Shown in pieces: positions 26,280-28,027 of a stretch of DNA of 28,027 nt (the stretch's first letter is position 1; the number at the start of each line of letters is the position of its first letter). The stretch comes from a virus (taxonomy: Duplodnaviria; Caudoviricetes). Made by a program: the position numbers and the translations under genes. The stretch covers positions 1 through 28,027 of the IMG/VR virus record IMGVR_UViG_3300005512_000259; one strand, 5' to 3'. The notes under the pieces were generated by a model. It was not told the DNA's origin, did no database searches, and worked only from the letters and a program-made list of their open reading frames with translations.

Positions 26280-26920
26280 TTGCCCTCTCTTTGCGCAGCG
26301 ACCGTCATTAACCATCCCGGGTTTTTGGGATTCCGGATGCTGCCCTCTTCAAATGTTAGTGACCGCCACTGGTACCCGCAGGCCCGGAACAACGCGTCGA
26401 TGCTCTTTAGGTTAAAATGGTGCACATGCTCATGGGGCCGGTAATGGCGCCATGTTGTAAATTGTTTGACCCCGCCACAGTTCGGAGCCGTTAAAAACAG
26501 CCAGCCAGCGCCGAACCCACGGACCAGGCCGACAGGGTTGTCGACATGCTCAAGCACGTCCCATAGGACCACGGCATCATACTCTGGCGGATCGGCGTGG
26601 TAATATTCTGAAAACGGGTTGATTTCATATCCGGTCACCCGGAAAGTCCCGTTTGGATTCATGTGGATAAATTGGTTTGCCCCGGATCCATAATCGAGGA
26701 TGTGGCCACCGTCGATATGCTGCTTGATCCAGCTCCACCGGAACGCATTGATCTTTTTCCCGCGGCGGGTGCCGGCATACCTTTTGTATTTTTCAAAATA
26801 CGCCTTGTCATATAAGGCAGGGTCGGCTTTCAGTTGGCTGGACACCAGCTCGCACCGTCGGCACCGGTAAAGATCCGCCGTGATGTGGTCCATCGGTATA
26901 TTACAGATATTGCAATTCAT
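26276..26920 (-). CDS. Class I SAM-dependent methyltransferase with N-terminal zinc ribbon (214 aa)
   Basis: CNIC...CRRC, motif I ILDYGSG, YDAVVLWDVLEHV, and WRHYRPHEHVHHF. This pattern is typical of small-molecule/sugar methyltransferases; there is no DPPY/NPPY or PC DNA-MTase motif. Confidence 0.88.
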   Translation of the reverse strand: MNCNICNIPMDHITADLYRCRRCELVSSQLKADPALYDKAYFEKYKRYAGTRRGKKINAFRWSWIKQHIDGGHILDYGSGANQFIHMNPNGTFRVTGYEINPFSEYYHADPPEYDAVVLWDVLEHVDNPVGLVRGFGAGWLFLTAPNCGGVKQFTTWRHYRPHEHVHHFNLKSIDALFRACGYQWRSLTFEEGSIRNPKNPGWLMTVAAQREGK

Positions 26921-27126
26921 TCGCCAAATTTCTGCTTATAGGCTCTTAGTTTTTCATCCATCCGCTTTGCAAAACCATGGGCGTCAACCAGCAGATCGAC
27001 CGCCCTTGGATTGTCTTTTACAATCTGATAGAGGTCCCGGTGGGTCTGGCAGATACTGACGTCATTATCAAATCCGGGCATCTCCAGGTTTTTTACCAGG
27101 TCCTCTCTTGACCAGCCCACAGTCAC
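26917..27126 (-). CDS. Hypothetical protein (69 aa)
   Basis: 4-nt overlaps at both ends (GTGA and ATGA), GAGGG upstream. Confidence 0.7.
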   Translation of the reverse strand: MTVGWSREDLVKNLEMPGFDNDVSICQTHRDLYQIVKDNPRAVDLLVDAHGFAKRMDEKLRAYKQKFGE

Positions 27127-27866
27127 CCCTCATCGTCGATCATGCTCTGGTTGTTCTGACCGCCCATCCTGGCATTCGGGTCCACGATGCATTCGATCAC
27201 ATCGATATCCATTTCCAACTGCGCCATGTACCGCTTAAAGCCGTCTTTTCTCTGTCCGCTGGTATCCACCAGGATGGGCCGAAGGTTTTTGCCGTCTTTA
27301 ATCAGCCTCTTGGCATATTCGATACCGGCCCGGTGCTCGGCATCAATAGCACCGGGCAGATGGCCAGCATCCCACGGGGTCACCGCATTGATATCGACCA
27401 TTAACCGGGTCGGCTCGGTAATGTCCGGATAAGGCCATGGGGTCGGGCTCTCGAATTGCTGGAGTGCCCTTACAAATGCCCTGGCGATGGCCTTAAATTC
27501 TGTTACCGTATAGTGCATTCTCAGGTCCCGGTAGTGCACGTGTACGGTATCATCTCGCTGCAGCTCGATGCTCAACCGGTTCGGGTAGTATTCCGAATTC
27601 GAATGCAGCGGGGTGTTAAAATGCATTGAGACCAGAAAGTTCGGGTCCCCCTCTTCGTACTGGTAGCGCTCTGTCTGGAATTCTGTCGCCATCCCCAGGT
27701 GGTTAATCGCCGCCCGGAAGTGCGCCCATTCCTTTTGGGAAAAATCCAGCCGCAGGTTTCGGTAGTGCAGGTGGATATCCTCACACAGATCTGTCCAGAT
27801 CGATGTCGACGTGATATGCCTGGGCTCGATGTTCTCAAGCGCCAATAGCTGTTTAATATGACCCAT
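27123..27866 (-). CDS. Protein with duplicated HxHYR motif and C-terminal ParB/Sulfiredoxin-like domain (247 aa)
   Basis: GGAGG RBS. 'IKDGKNLRPILVD...RKDGFKRYMA...I.CIV' resembles the ParB-N/Srx P-I-x-V...DGxxR motif. The N-terminal half repeats IHLHYRNLRLDF / VHVHYRDLRMHY. Confidence 0.65.
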   Translation of the reverse strand: MGHIKQLLALENIEPRHITSTSIWTDLCEDIHLHYRNLRLDFSQKEWAHFRAAINHLGMATEFQTERYQYEEGDPNFLVSMHFNTPLHSNSEYYPNRLSIELQRDDTVHVHYRDLRMHYTVTEFKAIARAFVRALQQFESPTPWPYPDITEPTRLMVDINAVTPWDAGHLPGAIDAEHRAGIEYAKRLIKDGKNLRPILVDTSGQRKDGFKRYMAQLEMDIDVIECIVDPNARMGGQNNQSMIDDEG

Positions 27867-28026
27867 TCACAACCTCCGAGATAAAGAAAAATTTAGCGTT
27901 TTTCGGCCATGCCATTTTCATCATTTCGAATCGGTTCGGCAGGCCGTTATAGCAGTCCTGGATATGTCCGTGCCACCGGTACTGGCTCCCGGACCGGTAG
28001 TGCATGTCGTAGGCCAGTTCCTGGCC
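27853..28026 (-). CDS. C-terminal 57 aa of an upstream gene (truncated by the window edge)
   Basis: Open frame ...GQELAYDMHYRSGSQYRWHGHIQDCYNGLPNRFEMMKMAWPKNAKFFFISEVVNGSY*, whose end overlaps the next start codon. Confidence 0.6.
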   Translation of the reverse strand, partial: GQELAYDMHYRSGSQYRWHGHIQDCYNGLPNRFEMMKMAWPKNAKFFFISEVVNGSY

Positions 28027-28027
28027 A

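Larger units (their letters stand above)
1..28027 (-). mobile_element. Segment of a tailed phage/prophage genome (podovirus-like virion morphogenesis and ejection module)
   Basis: All credible genes are on the minus strand and most abut or overlap (ATGA, TGATG, TAAATG junctions). The order adaptor > gp10-like hub > needle-position gene > ejection proteins > fibre matches P22-like podoviruses. No housekeeping genes, integrase or att site are visible, so free phage versus prophage cannot be decided. Confidence 0.93.

Noticed and set aside
23786-26920. Host LPS/capsule biosynthesis locus adjacent to a prophage
   Set aside because: The genes are co-oriented with and abut phage structural genes, are interspersed with small phage-like ORFs, and include no flippase, polymerase or nucleotide-sugar synthesis genes; no att or integrase boundary is visible.
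26276-26920. DNA methyltransferase of a restriction-modification system
   Set aside because: It lacks DPPY/NPPY or PC catalytic motifs, the signature fits small-molecule/sugar methyltransferases, and there is no cognate nuclease gene.
15-27432. Numerous plus-strand ORFs and nested alternative-frame minus-strand ORFs in the six-frame track (e.g. 7970-8581, 19415-20077, 20489-21172, 21350-21940)
   Set aside because: They lie almost entirely within well-supported minus-strand genes, have no recognisable motifs, and read as antisense or frame shadows.
1-28027. Apparent abundance of CCGG and GATC and scarcity of CTAG as a methylation or restriction signature
   Set aside because: This is an impression only and cannot be quantified by eye; such biases are common in genomes of this composition.
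1-28027. tRNA, rRNA or IS elements
   Set aside because: There is almost no intergenic space, and no cloverleaf, rRNA-like or transposase signatures were seen.

Overview
The whole 28 kb window is one tightly packed, minus-strand late (virion) operon of a tailed phage or prophage with a P22-like podovirus gene order. Reading right to left: (i) a block of small non-structural enzymes (ParB/Srx-like protein, zinc-ribbon SAM methyltransferase, PAPS sulfotransferase, and a degenerate-methyltransferase/GT9 glycosyltransferase fusion) running directly into (ii) a head-tail adaptor, a P22 gp10-like tail hub and a short needle-position protein; (iii) two putative ejection (DNA-transfer) proteins and a ~5,040-aa polyvalent, DarB-like protein (inorganic pyrophosphatase, N6-adenine MTase, SNF2 helicase, zincin-like peptidase, an 'EEIQSD' domain, GNAT, helical C-terminus); (iv) a ~105-nt structured intergenic element with competing terminator and antiterminator folds; and (v) a tail fibre, a six-repeat beta-propeller protein and a truncated downstream ORF. 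The best candidates for undescribed biology are the glycosyl/sulfo/methyl-transferase cassette inside the virion operon, a recurring RNAL peptide shared by the three ejection-region proteins, P-x-[FY]-S linkers that delimit modules of the giant protein, and the RNA switch upstream of the fibre genes. All product calls come from reading motifs and gene order by eye; no database searches were run.
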